From Parasitella parasitica NRRL 2501 (Eukaryota > Fungi > Mucoromycota), in the NCBI GenBank assembly GCA_025201805.1, contig MU619252.1, forward strand, positions 248,001-312,000: a DNA stretch of 64,000 nt, written 5' to 3'. This document shows positions 13,677 to 26,334 of the stretch, in pieces. Position numbers and translations under genes: made by a program. The notes beneath the pieces are model-generated. The model saw only the letters and a program-made list of their open reading frames with translations, made no database searches and was not told the origin of the DNA. Position 1 is the first letter of the stretch, and the number at the start of each line of letters is the position of its first letter.

Positions 13677-14789
13677 TTTTAATGCTGATTTATCTGTTTT
13701 GTTGACAAAGAAGAAGAAAAAGGACTCTAAGAATCCATCAAAATTTTATCGCGTTTGCCTGCGGTTATTGAATCCATCCTAACCTAAGGTTGTGCCAGAA
13801 ACCTGGTTACAAGAAAAAGTCAATGTCGAACATGAAAAACCATCGTCCTTTATCAAATGACAACGCAGACTATAAACTGTTGACCCGCCCCATTAACTAC
13901 AGAATTATGAATGCCCTAAAGCCCCTACTCGATTGCCATCAATTAGAAGTTATCCTTGGCTTTTCTGATTTAGCGATGATGAGCCGCAATCGAATCGAAC
14001 GATGTATACTGAAATCAGCACGCCATATCTGATTCGTTGCGTCTACTTTACTCTAGCACAGTTAAAGTGTTTCACTACAAGAAATGAATTTAATATCATC
14101 AGAAAGCACCTTGCATTAATTGAAAATAGGTCGATTACTTTCCACTGGGAATGTAGTTTTATTAATTAGGATAGGCCTCTTGGTTTCTAAGCAACACGTT
14201 TTTGCTTGCAGGAATAATATTCCCAGCCACAAGATCCCAATGCTTTTTAAACTATTGGAGAACATTAATCAATACACAAGAAAGTTTTTCACTAGTGGGT
14301 AAACACTTCTCAAAATTTCGCAAATCAACTCAAGGACCATCAGGATTGGAACATGCAGCCATTATCCTGGGTATAAAAGTGACATCAGTTCAAAAGGCTT
14401 TATTCGAGCACCATGAGCTTTGGCCAAAACAGCTCTATTGAATTAAGAAACGGACGGTATTGCAGAAGATAGGCACATTTTAGTCTCTATCTTCAGTCAG
14501 AGCCTTTACTGTTGCAAGCTTGCGTATAAGAGCATCTTCTACCGCAAGATAAATTCCTTCTGAGCGATTCCTATTGAGACCATCCATTATATCAAGGTTA
14601 TCTCAAGGTCCCTTATACAAGGCCTCACTCAGTATTGTCGTACTGATTTACATTCCACAAATCCTCTGATAGAAGAGCTCATTGTTATAGTTCAGATTAT
14701 GCTAACTGAAGCATAATGACATTATGTATAGATACATCTATAGGATGTGTCCGTAATAAAGCGTGATTCTTTGGCAGATTTACTCTACA

Positions 14790-15180
14790 TTGAATTCTGA
14801 CATAACAACACCCATTGCGCTGTTCAGATAACGTTCATTACTAACAACTCGAGATTAACGCCTAACAAGAGAAACGCTTGTACGTTCTTCCAACTTTACT
14901 TTGACTTTACTTTAGTTCTAAAAGTTCTGTAGTCATATTGCCAAAGATTGTCAAGTAAATCACTTTCAGAAAAATCATTGATGTTTGATCTGTCGTCTTC
15001 TTCAAAGAGCCCAGCTACATGGATAATCGATTCTTTTATCCAACGCTTGTGACAAATATCATTAACCTACGACTTTTGATTATAGCCAAACTCTTCAATG
15101 AAGATTGAGTACTTTGTCTTCCAAAACAGGAAGTTGGACAGGGTCGAAAGTTTTCACTTCATTAATCTCTCCCGCAATTA
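14790..15180 (-). pseudogene. Heavily decayed fragment of a second PD-(D/E)xK/Crinkler-like nuclease family
   Basis: Frameshifted minus-strand translation WIKESIIHVAGLFEEDDRSNINDFSESDLLDNLW...KVKLEERTSVSLVRR*SR...AMG resembles the SExD..W / GExxS..RN..R / GxKxD lead-in of Mucoromycota REase-like proteins. Confidence 0.4.
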
Positions 15181-15910
15181 AAGAGTAAAAGACGTGCAGG
15201 TATGCCATCGCGTGCTTACGGTAGTATAAATCTCATTTCCACAGATTTTGTGCTTTTTCGCTGTAACTGATGATGAAGTTAGTATTTGCTATGAAAATGA
15301 AAACTGTTTTCGCACATAACTTTTGATACGCATATCCCATAGTGGAAGTCAAGTGCTTATCAGATAGCCCAGATCATGCCTGTATTAATCAAGCTTATAA
15401 CACTCAATATCAATGTTTGTGCGAAACATTGATCCTGCCCATTCATCCGCAACAGAGATCTATTCAAACGTATAGTCTGCTCGTTGAAAGCTCTTGAACT
15501 AAAAGATTAAATTTGAAGCCATTTTTGTGTGCTCACTCTTCCATTCCCCCTTGAACATGCTCAAATGCATGCCATCATAACTGTCGATTATTGTCTCATT
15601 CTCTATTCCCATGAACGTATCGCCATCTGATTCATTGTTTTTATTGACAACTTCATAGAGAGCAGCTATTATTACTATATATAGAGAGGAAAAAGAAAGC
15701 AGTTAGTAAAGAAATGCTATGTCGAATTGAACTACAATTCACTTACACTCGATATTATCCATAGTTTGTAGCATTTGAAATACAAGGGAGTTCTGTAATT
15801 AACACGAATCAATACAAAAAAAAGTATAACATTAGTTAATTATTAATTTATATCAGATACATGTTTATGTAAGACAAGACTGAACTATCATGCTTTTGTA
15901 ATTAAAAATC

Positions 15911-16429
15911 CTAAGCAAGCTCGGCATGCTTCTTGACAAATTGTTCAATCATGGGACCATTGCGCATTCCGACAAAGGAATCAACGACCTTTCCATCATT
16001 AAAAGCGGATACAGTAGGTAAAGCTGCAATATTGTATTTAGCGGCAATGTCTTGACTATCATCCACATTGATCTTGACCAAAGTGACCTTGGGATTAGAT
16101 GCTACGGATTTTGTCAACAAAGGACCCAACATTTTGCAAGGACCGCACCAGCTACATTGCCAGGTAGGTTAGTCTCATGTTTACGCGGTAAATTACTACT
16201 ATTTACTCGGCATAAAAATCAACAATAACAGGGTGATCAGCTTTGGTTACAAGCTTTTCAAAAGTTTGGGAGTTTGCTTCGACGGTTTTTCCTGTCAAAC
16301 GAGGTTGAGCGGCATGGAAAGAACGAGTAACTAATGATGAATGTCAAAATATTGTATGCAATTTAATAGCGCATTTATTTTCTTACATTGCTTAGCAGGT
16401 CTTATGGCAGCAGTACGAAGAGAGTTCAT
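15911..16429 (-). CDS. Thioredoxin, probably mitochondrial
   Basis: Spliced MNSLRTAAIRPAKQ..TRSFHAAQPRL (Arg/Ala-rich presequence), then VIVDFYAD/WCGPCKMLGP (WCGPC active site) and ALPTVSAFNDGKVVDSFVG. Confidence 0.95.
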
Positions 16430-17247
16430 GTGGAAAAAAGTTGTATGGAAAGTTAGAAAAGAACTAGCGATCCCCACATTATTGCAAGACCCCAAATTTA
16501 AGGATGTAAACTATCCAGAGATCCTACCACTCAAAATTAGCCTTTGTGACGTATATACCATCATTGTCAGCCTTACTCAACTAGATAACGAGTGTCAATC
16601 AAAAAACTGCATAATTTGTAAAACAGGAGTCGCCATTTCAGCAGTAGATGGATACATACAGCTTAGATGAGGGTTTCGTCTTGGTACGGGTATGTTCTTT
16701 CACAGCTGAAAGATCCAAGAGGTTTTTCAGTGATATTCAAAAATGCCGAAAGGTTTAATAGTTAGCGCATGTTCTTAATTTGCTATGTACGTACGCACAA
16801 AGTGAATGGACGAAAAACTCGAAGCAAATAGCGCTCAAGACAGAAGACGTCGAATGCACAGCTGCAAAATCAAATACTTAGTAGATTCATGTATTACAAG
16901 ATTTCGCAATATAATTTCGGCGTTCCGTGGGATCTTCCTTTGATCATCAACGGACAACTTGCCGAACGGATTGGCTTTGTACACGCAAGAAGCAGACAAA
17001 GAGTCATTTCCCTATAGTTCACAAGATCCACTTTTTCAATTAATTGTTAATGAGAATGCATGAATTGGCCAGGGGTAAAAAAATAGAGGCTATGATGTTT
17101 GAATCTAATATCATATGAAGTGTGGCTTTTTTTAATGTGCCAACATCTCCTGCATCATTATTGACATTTGTTGATAAATTCTTTTGTGTTTCCTATTTTC
17201 TTTCCCTCTTTCTCTTTCTCTCTTTTTATTATTATTCACATATACAA

Positions 17248-17700
17248 ATGCAGTTATTTGATCGTTTATTTAAGCTAAAAAAATATCACAATGACAACAG
17301 CATCAAATCAACAGACTCCAATTCAACAAAATCTTCGTCCACATTAGGTCGACATGTTTCCTTCAGACGATTCTCTAGTTTACGTCATTGGCGATCCTCA
17401 CCAAAATCAGCGAGCCACAGCAATCTACCATTCGACCAAGTACAGCAACAACAGCAGCAGGAATTACTAACGCAGTGTATAGAGACAGCATTATATGTAA
17501 ATCCTTGTAGCAAACGTTGGTCATATGGAGATGCGCCTGCAAGATACAGTATTCCATTCTATGAACAGGAGCCTTCACCACCACCACCACCACAACCAAG
17601 ATTACGAAAAATATCTTTACCGCCTCAGCTAACCAACACTGGTTACCTTGCCTCTATACCCGAAGTTGACAGCCAGATAACTCTAGAGCATTTAAGATAG
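17248..17700 (+). CDS. Hypothetical low-complexity protein (150 aa)
   Basis: ATG in ACAAATG context after a CT-rich leader. Open frame with poly-Q, poly-P and Ser/Arg-rich phosphosite-like motifs. No recognised domain. Confidence 0.6.
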   Translation: MQLFDRLFKLKKYHNDNSIKSTDSNSTKSSSTLGRHVSFRRFSSLRHWRSSPKSASHSNLPFDQVQQQQQQELLTQCIETALYVNPCSKRWSYGDAPARYSIPFYEQEPSPPPPPQPRLRKISLPPQLTNTGYLASIPEVDSQITLEHLR

Positions 17701-17860
17701 TGTCATCAAATGTCACCGAGTTTAAATTCAAATGGTGTGTGTGATACTAATAATATGAGGAAAGCTCGGTGTTACTTTTTTTTTTCTCCTTATGAAACCC
17801 TACATTTTTTCAAATTAGTCCTTCTTCTCCATCTTTCTCCTTCTGTACTTGATAAAAAAA

Positions 17861-19860
17861 ATGAATAATAAAGTAGAAACCATAGAAAAATTGAGTGTAA
17901 GTTTTTAATCTGCTAGTCGATTGTGAAATTTAATTGATTGAATTCTTGAAAAAAAAAAAAAGGCAACTTTTCCGGAGCAACAGCAAGATTTTGATGCACC
18001 CGAGATTTATGGGCTGCCTCTGTTGCTTGCCGCTAATGCAATTGATTATATTCCATTTGTCAAGCAAAAAGTAGCCTCTGATGGGCTTTTATTTAAGCTG
18101 AGGGAGCGCCATGACATTGAAGATCATCCCATTTCAATGCCACTCCCGTTCGAGTACATTGGCTCTCCAAAAGATGCAGCATTTGATCAAGCAAGTACCG
18201 TAAATATTTCTCACAAACATTTATGCTGACCGATTCCTTGTTTTTCTTTGTTCCCATCCCGCAGGAAATTCCTAATTTAGATCCTCAGCACAAAAGTAAA
18301 TCGCCGTTCTTATCATTTTGGGATTATCATGTCGCCTATACCCAACTCAAAACTACACCTACCAAGGTTGCTGAAAATCTGGTTTTAGCATTGAAAAAGA
18401 GCAAGAGCATGAACTGGATGCGGTTCTCGGCCCAAAATATTATGCAACAAGCAGAGGCATCTTCAGAACGATACAAACAACATGCTCCACTAAGCCAAAT
18501 GGACGGCGTCTTTGTCTCAATCAAGGAGGAAATGGATATCCGCGATTTGGAAACTAAAGTCGGCACTAATTTCATCAATGATAACCAGCCCGCTACAGAG
18601 GATGCTACTATTGTCGCCAAATTGAGAAGAGCTGGTGCTATCATTGTAGGATCAACCGTCATGAATGAGTTGGGCTGGGACACATTTTCAGTAAATCCCA
18701 ACACTGGCATGCCTAAAAACCCTTATGGTACATTGCATTCATGTGGTGGATCCAGCGGTGGCTGTGGCGGATCAGTTGCCGGTGGCCTTTTCCCTGTCAG
18801 TATTGGTGCTGATGGTGGAGGTTCTGTTAGGTAAGTTGCAATGGCGTCGTGTTGTCGTACTAGGATATTGTATAATAACACGGAATACATAACAGGATTC
18901 CATCCTCTTTCTGCGGTTTGTATGGTCTCAAGACAACCTACGCTCGTGTATCAGCAAAAGGTGGTGCCACTGTTGATCCGACTTTGGGTTGCTATGGCCC
19001 CTTGGCTGCCACAGCAGATGACATGGCCTTGACATACACAATCATTGCTGGTCCAGATGTTAAGGATTCTACAACTCTGTTACAACCACCTGTATCGCTC
19101 AAAGATTATGATAAAGTGTCTGATCTCTCTGACCTTACTATCGCAGTTTACCCTGAGTGGGCCAGAAACTTGGTGGATCCTGCTATTCTGGAAAAACTTG
19201 ATTTTTTCAAAACCCATCTAGCGCAGCTAGGAGCTCGTATTGTAGAAATTGAGATTCCTGACCTTGATATCACAGCAACAGGTATAGTACATTGTATAAA
19301 CTTTTTTTTTATTATTGGCTGACCCGATTTTATCCATGCATGTAGCTCATTCTGTTACTATTTGCAGCGAAATGTTTAACTTTGCTTCCCGACATGAGCT
19401 GAATCATCGCAACTTTTTGCCCCACACTCGCTTGATGGCGGGTACAGCCAGTGCGTTGGAAGGACGAGATTACGTTCGTGCCCAACAAGTACGAGGTCGC
19501 ATGATCAACCATATGCGACGTCTCTTTGAGGATCAAAAGATTGATTTAATCTTGTGTCCATCCACAGCTATCACTGCTCCTGAAATCCCCGAAAAGGCAC
19601 ATGCTTATGGTATGTCTAATGCCAAACTGACTATTCGATCTATGACCTTTTGCGTGTTGGCCAACTTGACGGGTATTCCTGCTTTAAATGTGCCTGCTGG
19701 GTTCAATGATGGTATGCCAATTGGCTTGCAATTTATGGCTCGTTGGTGGAATGAAGCTCTCTTGTGTAGGATAGCTAAAACATGTGAGCGTTTATCAGGC
19801 ATTGAACGTAAACGTCCTGAAGCAGCAAATTGGTTTGGGGATAATTTATTATCAGATTAG
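17861..19860 (+). CDS. Amidase-signature enzyme (fatty-acid amide hydrolase-like)
   Basis: Catalytic Lys in DGVFVSIKEE, GGSSGG, GADGGGSVR/IPSSFCGLYGLK, and C-terminal ANLTGIPALNVPAG..PIGLQ. Four GT-AG introns. Confidence 0.92.
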
Positions 19861-19949
19861 TTAATTACTTAATTAGTAAATGACACATTTTAGTTGTAGT
19901 AATAGTTGTTGGCTTTGTAAGGGGGGGGGGTATCATTCTTTGTATTCTG

Positions 19950-20932
19950 TCAAGGTGTAGTGCCGTCTTCATCTTCCTCATCTTCCTCACTTGATTGATT
20001 TCCGTATTCCTCTTCTGCTTTACACTCTTCACAGAACCATTTACCGGCAGGAGGTTCCACCAGGCCAACACAGTTGTAATGAAACCACTCTCTCTCACAC
20101 TACAAGAAGGATTAATCAGTAAACATTGCCAAGCTTGATGTACCTGTTTAAAGAACACTTACATTTTCTCCATCACAAGCGATCATATCACCGAACGAAA
20201 CTTGCTTACAATAGCAATAAGTCGGCTCATTGGCATCAATATCAAGGTCTCTTGTCGTTGAGCTACCATTAGAAGGCATTGGACGAGATGAATGATGAAT
20301 TCTCTTTCGAGCACCACCATCAATGGACCCCAACGCTCTCTTCTGCTGACCTTTTGACAAAATTACACTATCAGTCTTTTATCAGTGCAAAAGCCCAATC
20401 CCAAATGTTACCTCCATCGTTGTAACTGCCAATAGGCCCCTTTCTATTCGATCTGGGACTAATCCAGTCTGATTCACTTAACCCACTTTTTGTTACTTGA
20501 GAATCCAATCTTTCTATATGTCGTGACACAAGATCATACATTCGCATCGCAAGTTCAACTTTTTGATCTTGTTTTTGCATAGCAGTTTTGTAATCTTTTT
20601 CCAGTTGCAGCCGGGTAGCAACTAGATTCATTGAATTGGAACTGGTGCTGGATTTATACTGCTTCACATAAGATCTTTTGTGTTTTGTGTAAGTTTCTCT
20701 AAATTCTATAAAAGAATAGTCAACATCTTTCGCATTTAGCATCATTTAAACTGTACTTTGCAAATCATCATCCATACGTCGAAGCTCGTGCATATTTTGA
20801 TCAATTTCTGATGGTAAATTTTGCAAACCTAATATCAGGTATTAAAGATTTTTCTCTTGTGATCTTTGGATGCAATCATGTTTCTTTACTTTCTAAATAG
20901 TCTTCATAGATATCTGCTACAGATGTACTCAT
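19950..20932 (-). CDS. ING-family PHD finger chromatin protein
   Basis: N-terminal [26 protein letters not shown] coiled-coil domain and [51 protein letters not shown]. Confidence 0.95.
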
Positions 20933-21419
20933 TTTCTTTACAACGTGAAACGTAATAATAAACAAAATAAAGGAGAGAATGAAAAAATTTCAGCGTTTTC
21001 ATTGTAGCACACTTTTTCTGGGATATTGATATCGTTGAGTGTGAAAAATTTCAAGATGCTTTATGGTGTTTCCATTTCAAACAAAATTAGCCTCCTACTC
21101 TTTGTATTTTGTCTCATTGGATGATATTTTTGATCAAATGGTAGTGATACAAATGATGCGCTGAACCTTGCTAGTCTAGGATTGAACCCAAGCGATTTCA
21201 ATATGGCTGATTCGAGAAGTAATTCCTCGTTGATACCAACATTGGACTTTCTCATCGTGTATGCTACATAATTAGGGAAAAGTGTCATACATATACCGGA
21301 AAAAGTGTACAGTAGTATTCGTAATTCAAATTTATGACAATAGAGGAAATGTGTTAGTAATTTGTTTAATAATGTCGAATTGTAGTTTATATGTGCAAAA
21401 GAAAGAAGCGAATAAACGA

Positions 21420-22598
21420 CTAATCAGAGTCAGACGAATCATCATCACTATCTTCATCTTCTTTTTCGCTATCTACATTTTCTTGAATTGTAACTGATTT
21501 TCTATTGGCATTCTTCTTTTCTGCCACACGATTTTCTTTGGCCAAGAACTTCTTGATAATCAAACCTGAGCGAGCACCAAAAGATTTCTCCCATTCATCT
21601 TTAACATTTTTATAAAGCTGGATTGTAAACCGGGCATCTTCTACTGAAGAATGACTCCCCGACTGAATATTAATACCCAAAACTTCCTTGACCAACATCT
21701 TCAAACCAGGAGTTCTTCCTTTAGCTAATTTACGAAAAGGCTTGTACCGAGATGTATCGCGGATCAGCAATGCAGGATGCGACAAAATGAGTGCTTGCAA
21801 ATCATTGTATACGGCATGGCCAACTAGAATACGGTTACGGATGATGGCCTCGGTTTTATATTGTGCTTCTTTGAATGTCAATGCATCTTCTGATTCCAGA
21901 TGGTGAGGTTCGATGCCACTGACTTTTGTACGGTAATCTGTCACCTTTTCCTGAGGTTTTACGTAGCAATCCAACAGCAAAGCACCATTGTAGTTCACAA
22001 TAGACACACGAGCCAAGGCAGAATCTGCTCCATCGGGACCAACTCCCACCATTTCGCAATCAATGGCAACGTATTTACCTAATTTAGCCGCATCACCTGT
22101 AACCGAATTCATCTTTGCTACTATGCTCTTCTTCTTCAACTTCTGTTGCTGTGGAGTTTCCTTGGGTGTATATACGCTCTTTAAAGTATCCTCATCGACA
22201 TCTTCAGCAAACCATAACTCATCTTTATCGGGTATCGAGCTTGTTTTTATAATTGCTGTTGTTGATTCTGTGGTTGCTATGGCTCCGTTTTTATTGGATT
22301 TAGCCTCAAAGGATGCCTTCATTTTTCTATCGTACAGACACTTCAGTCACTTATTTTCGATATCCATGCTTCCAATTACTTACTCTATTCTTTGCCTTTT
22401 GTTAAAACATTTAAAGTTGGGGCTTATTTCAAATTCGTCAGTCTTTCTCTTCTTGCTGGATTCTGCAGAGGGAGCAATGGACTACCTCAAGATATTAGAC
22501 TCGTATATACGTGGCAGAATCTGTCAACTTACGGGCAAAAGTTTTTTCCAGTTGGAAGAAGCTACTGGCTTTGTTGATTTCTTACCACCTTTGGCCAT
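21420..22598 (-). CDS. REX4: RNA exonuclease 4 (DEDDh)
   Basis: N-terminal ASSNWKKL, KYVAIDCEMVGVG, LARVSIVN, ILVGHAVYNDL, HSSVEDAR. Confidence 0.93.
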
Positions 22599-22885
22599 TT
22601 TCTATATGTCTATTGTTAAAGAGATGGGATGAACAGGTCTGGTTTAAAAAAATATCCAAAAATATTTAGTGGCTTTTCGATGCTGTAAAAAGCAGTGATA
22701 GTTTATGCAATTGAATGTCAAAGATTGGTGAGAGTAACAAACAGTTGAGCAGATGATCAAAGCGAAAAGAGAAAAGGGAAAAAAAAATCATACATGATAC
22801 ACTCAGATGATGATTGAACCAGCTTAACATCATTCATTTGTATTTATCACTTTTTTCTCTCGAAATCACCTCTTTATAGAAAACT

Positions 22886-24346
22886 ATGCCTGTCAGCCAT
22901 TTGTTAATACTATTCATAACAAGCCTCATATATCACTACTGTAGTGCAGGTCTGGATGCCTTGCAAACAGATTCACCTTTGGATATTTGGCTTGCCAGAC
23001 AACATGTAACAAGTTTCAAAACCATCATGCACAACATAAATCCTCCAGGTACATCTAGAGGATTCTTTGCTGCCTCTCTTTCTACCTACAAACCTGATTA
23101 TTTCTTTACCTGGACAAGAGACGCGGCTCTTGTTACTCGTGTTATTGCATCCTTACCAGAGACAAACTTAACTGTATTAACAGATTATGTTGATTTCCAA
23201 ATCAAAACGCAAATAACACCAACTGTTTGTAACTGCCTTGGTGAGCCGAAATTCAATACAGATGGCTCGGGTTATACAAGCTCATGGGGAAGGTATATAT
23301 AATGTACAAACGAGACCTACGTAATTGTATGGCTTGCTTACCTTAAAAATAGACCTCAAAATGATGGACCAGCTGAAAGAGCTATTGCATTTATTGCAAT
23401 TGCCAATCGCTGGCGTTTAGAGGGTCAAGATCAGATTTACATTACAGACACTCTAGCCCCAGCTATTATAAAAGATTTAAATTATGTAGTCGATGTGTGG
23501 CAACAGCCCTGTTATGACTTGTGGGAGGAAATTGAAGGAGTTCACTTTTACACATTAATGGTCATGCGTCGAGCACTGTTAGATGCCGTTGATTTCTTTG
23601 ATGCTCATAGCGATACACCATTTCGAGATGATAGCTACAGATCTACAGCATACCAAATTGAAAAGCGCATAGAATTTTTTTGGTCGTCTCATTTAAATCA
23701 CATTACGTCAACTCAAGATATTCGCAATGGCGTACAAAAGCCTTCTGGGCTAGACGTCTCCATATTGTTGGCGGCTAATTTGGTATCGGAAAGAAATGAT
23801 GGATTCTTCACTCCAGACTCTGATAAAATTTTGGCTACTGCTCACGCACTGGAGAATACTTTCAAGTCGATTTATCCTCTAAATCAACAACTAGACGAGC
23901 GTTTAGGTACATCTATTGGACGTTATCCTGAAGATTTCTACGATGGTATAGGTATTTCAGTTGGCAATCCATGGTTTATTGCTACTGCAGCATATACAGA
24001 GCTGTATTATTTGGCCATCAAGAAATGGAAGCAAGTAGGCGTGGTAATAAATGACATCAATCGGCCTTTCTTCTGCCAATTACTGGGCACTTCTACTCCT
24101 TATTTCGCACAGCAAAATACTTATTACGCCCCTGGAAGTTTAGAATTGGATCATCTTATCTTCAAAGCTACACTTAGTGCAGATAAATACCTAGCCACCA
24201 TCCAATATCATCAGGCTAGGAATGGGTCTATTTCAGAGCAGTTTGATCGTTATATAGGTTATATGGCTGGTGCTAGAGATTTAACATGGTCCCATGCTGC
24301 ATTTATCACTGCTGCAAAAGCAAAGTTCTCAATTTCCGTGTTTTAG
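22886..24346 (+). CDS. Secreted glucoamylase GH15, catalytic domain only (no starch-binding domain)
   Basis: Signal peptide, [26 protein letters not shown] across one intron (about 23293-23352), DLWEE, GRYPED, SEQFDR, ARDLTWS. Confidence 0.95.
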
Positions 24347-26334
24347 TTTTCTTTATTAAAAAACACTGTGAACGATGATGACTACACAACAGAAAAAGTG
24401 CTTGCTTCCCTTCAGTTCGCTGGCTTTGAATTGGCATGCTTTAATACAAACCTATCGAAAATGAATTATTTGTTTACTGAAGTAAAGTTAACCAGGTCGT
24501 TTATTATGGTATCTATCTAGGTGGTTTAATTTAATTTGAAATGAGGTTTTTGGTATGGTTGATGTATCAACTCTAAATCATTATTTTAGCATAATATAAA
24601 CGCATACTAGGGAGGAAAATTTGGAATCAAAAAAGATAAAAGCCAAAGGTTGACGAGATACGAAAACTCTATGCGTTATTTTATTTTAAGATGGAAATAT
24701 TACATCTGCTGTTTACACTCATAAATTATGATGACTCATTTAGATTACTAATTGACAAGATTAATTCACAAAGACAATAATCTGCTTGACAGGGTACGAC
24801 GCATGATTATACAACAATAACTACACGTCTTTGATCTGAAAGTGCCTTAACCTTTATTCTGGTCAGATCTGTGTTACTTACAGGAAAACCTTCTTGATTT
24901 AAAACAGAGACTTTATTTTCCAGTTTACACAAGTTTATAACATCAAATCATTGGACTCAATCTTCAATCTTCAATTGAAGTACATTACCATGATCTCCTA
25001 TCTTAATAATTAAGGCCGATCAATAAAATATTAGAATTATTGTGCCAGGTCTTGAAAATGAGCACAGCAGATGATTGTATGTGATATAAAAAATATGAGA
25101 AAGTAATAAATGATGTGTCAATTTCCCAACCGGAAGTCAAAATCAAATAAACTCAATCCTGAACACAATTCAGGAGCATATCCAATGGACCATGTTCCTT
25201 GTTTATAGCCCATGACATGTTCATGGACAATAGATACAATCGATCATTCCACTCTCTAAATCAATCCATGTCACACACTTGTATCTTATCCCCTCATCAG
25301 TCATTTAGGTTCACTAGTATATAAACCATCATTTTTTCCATGTAATAAACGAGATCTTTACCTGATTAATTTACAGGTGTTTCATTTGAATAATTTCTCA
25401 TTCTGATAAATCAATAAAGGCTTAATTTACCAGATACAAAATTACTGATTTATTGATTGCCAAGAAGCTGTCTATTTATATTAGAATAAATCTATCTGAA
25501 TCAATCTATAAAATACAATCGGGTCATGTTTGACATTTAATTGTCAAACAAGATTATAACACAATAGTAATTAGAGCTATTTCTATATTTCATCTGCTAA
25601 TATTATGAATGCGAATCATTCATCGATAACTTGAGCTTCGCAATCCAGAATAAGTAGAACCCAAAATGATGGTTTCTTATACAAGACATTCTATTGATTA
25701 CTTCTATTTACTAGATAGAATATTCGATGACATTTAACCGTAGATTCGATCAGGAACGGTTGCCATGACAATTGAATTGAAATAATGGTAACCAAGGTGT
25801 TCTATGGAAATAATGGATGTGTCTATCAAAAATAATACTCAGATAGCCCTGTTTGTGGCGACGTCAGTCGAATGTGAATCAATTGATGCTTTGCTCTTTA
25901 TTGATGCCTACTGTTAGTGCAGTTGCTAAATATTTGGTATTCGACTACCTTGGTATTCAAAAGCAAGTTAACATTCGCTGATAAGAAATGTTTGGTTTAA
26001 GCGAATATTCGATGTTTTGAGAACGCTATTCAGCAGTGGCGCTCATGTGTTTAACTTTTGTTAGCCACAAATTGTTGATAGCAATTTGAATGATATCAAT
26101 TGATACATCAATAGTGTGAATATTAGAAAAATCCAAACTATAGCAATATAGGTTTAAAAAAGTCATGTGATCAAAATTCTTGATACTGTATTTGTAGTTA
26201 ACCGTAATACAGAAGACGTTAGTGCCTTGGTGCCGAAATGAAGGATACAAAAGGATGTCACCAAAAGGTCACGATTAGTTTTTTTCAAACGATTCCTTTT
26301 TTTTTTTCCAACTCGAAAAACAAAGCCATCAAAC

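Noticed and set aside
15305-15428. Short inverted repeat TTTCGCACA ... TGTGCGAAA
   Set aside because: It may be a tiny TE relic, but a 9-13 bp imperfect match with no TSD is too weak to support.
21061-21288. 75-aa minus-strand ORF between REX4 and ING
   Set aside because: No motif, and it sits in terminator/promoter space. Cannot be supported as a gene.
24374-24480. Possible C/D box snoRNA (ATGATGA ... CTGA) after the glucoamylase stop
   Set aside because: No terminal stem and no rRNA-complementary guide I could recognise. It lies in the probable 3' UTR. An Infernal/snoscan run would settle it.
24400-26300. 2-kb AT-rich gap with small palindromes (e.g. TGTTTGACA-TTTAAT-TGTCAAACA near 25528)
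   Set aside because: No coherent ORF, array or terminal repeats. Short palindromes are expected at this AT content.
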